Assembly: GCA_026025075.1 (NCBI GenBank)
Contig: JAPEUI010000017.1
Location: 124,001-188,000, forward strand
DNA length: 64,000 nt
Reading direction: 5' to 3'
From: Vezdaea acicularis
Lineage: Eukaryota
Shown here: positions 62,688-64,000 of the stretch, one piece after another
Numbering within the stretch: the stretch's first letter is position 1
Layout: each line of letters starts with the position of its first letter
The notes under the pieces: model-generated
The model's input: the letters and a program-made list of their open reading frames with translations, nothing else
Databases searched by the model: none
What the model was told of the DNA's origin: nothing
Translations under genes and position numbers: made by a program

Positions 62688-64000
62688 TTAGCGTCCTATA
62701 CCGATTTCGTACCCGAGGAGGACTTCGGTGGTGGCCCCTTCCCATCCTCGGTTGCCAGCCGTGGAAATTAAGTACCTACAACTAGGGTCAATGTACAGAG
62801 ATGAAATAACACCACCACGATGGCCTGGGACAATAAGAAATGGGACTGTAGAGTGTTTGATAGTTTGCTGTTCTTCCAGGTCGTAAAGACGTAGAATATC
62901 GAATGATGCACTAAGGAGTCAGTTATTACTTCTATTGATAACAAATCTACGGCTAGCAGTCTTACCATATTAGATGTTTTCCGTTCGGCATGGCACGTAC
63001 TGCACTGACGGGGCCGCTGCCTTGAGGAAACTTGAACGTTCGCTCAGCTCCGCGAAAGCCTTTATGCAGCGAGAACTCTTCAACGGCTCCGTTTCTTCGG
63101 CCAGCATAGATATAATTACCGTCCGGCGACCAGCATGCATTCATGCACCATGGAGGAACATTCTTCGGTAATATAGTCGCAATCGGATTAGGCTGCCGTC
63201 TATCCCAAATACGAAGACTGCCATCATAGGAAGCAGCCATAAACGTTGTGTCAGAAGTAAGAGCCGTCTCTTGCGCAGCAGAGGAGCTCAGGGGATCCCG
63301 CCCTCCTGAAGGTGCCTGCACTTCTTCACTATGTGGCGCACCGTTTGACGGGTTATTAGCACCATTCGATGTTTCGCCGTTGGTAATCTTAGGGGAACCT
63401 GATTGGCGCTGCTCATCCGCTGACATCTCATTTCGAGGAGTTGGTTGACGTGACCCGAGCGTGTTTGTTGAACCATCCATGTTCGTGTCTCCCTCGACGT
63501 CTTCATCTCGCCGGGGTTGCTCGTCGGCCATGGCTCGAGAGAACTCATATGCATCATCGTCTCCATCATCTCCAAACAGCGAATTACCTCCGTCGTTAAA
63601 GAGCGAATTAGCTGGAGATCCTTGGGCGTCTTCGGTATCGTTTTCCTCCGTAGAGTTTCCATTACTTACACCATGCGGGATGCCATTCGTGACCACTCCA
63701 TTCTGAAGGGGCGGATCGGCGTTGTTAGAGTTGAAAGTCCCATTGGTCATTACAGCTGAATGTAAATGCTCGGGAACGGGTAGAGTAGACACTGGCCGAG
63801 GCTCAAGGACAGAGATTTGTCCGCCACTTCCTTCAAATCCACGTTTGACTTTGCCAGTATTAAGATCCCAGTCAAACACGTTCTTGTCCCAACTACCTGA
63901 CAATACTGACTTTTCATCCTGAGACAGAGTCAGAACAGAGACGGCGGACGTATGCTGTCTTAAACAAGTAATGCGTTTTCCTTCATCATGTCGAACAGAC
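62688..64000 (-). CDS. SPT8: SAGA complex WD40 subunit Spt8 (5' part lies outside the window)
   Basis: HTSAVSVL..SGSWDKNVFDWDLNTG; acidic SLF insert; PPWCMNACWSPDGNYIYAGRRN; GSGPVSAV; intron 62911-62965; PFLIVPGHRGG..STAGNRGWEG. Confidence 0.92.

Overview
Gene-dense, intron-containing nuclear DNA from a filamentous ascomycete (Pezizomycotina; inferred from short GT-AG introns with CTRAY branch points and from gene content). I can support about 22 protein-coding genes. Most are housekeeping: FIG4, a Dal5/Tna1-type MFS permease, an omega-like GST, UBA1, GCP4, NBP35, CHO2, ARC1, MET5, EGT1, a DUF92/TMEM19 gene, a PIR wall protein, a Zn2Cys6 factor, DOA1, a STRAP-like WD40 gene and partial SPT8. 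Several secreted or uncharacterised genes lie between them. The most interesting signals are: (i) an unnamed six-cysteine module present in two separate genes, three copies in total; (ii) hidden N-terminal extensions, namely a CUG-initiated NLS upstream of UBA1 and presequence-like extensions on the GST and ARC1; (iii) a strong-context uORF plus an ATG-less in-frame extension ahead of the Zn2Cys6 factor; (iv) hairpin-rich non-coding stretches upstream of EGT1 and near 40.6 kb; (v) a 19-bp minisatellite and a RIP-like AT-rich relic. I recognised no rRNA, tRNA, CRISPR array or intact transposon. Exon boundaries were read by eye and no database searches were run.
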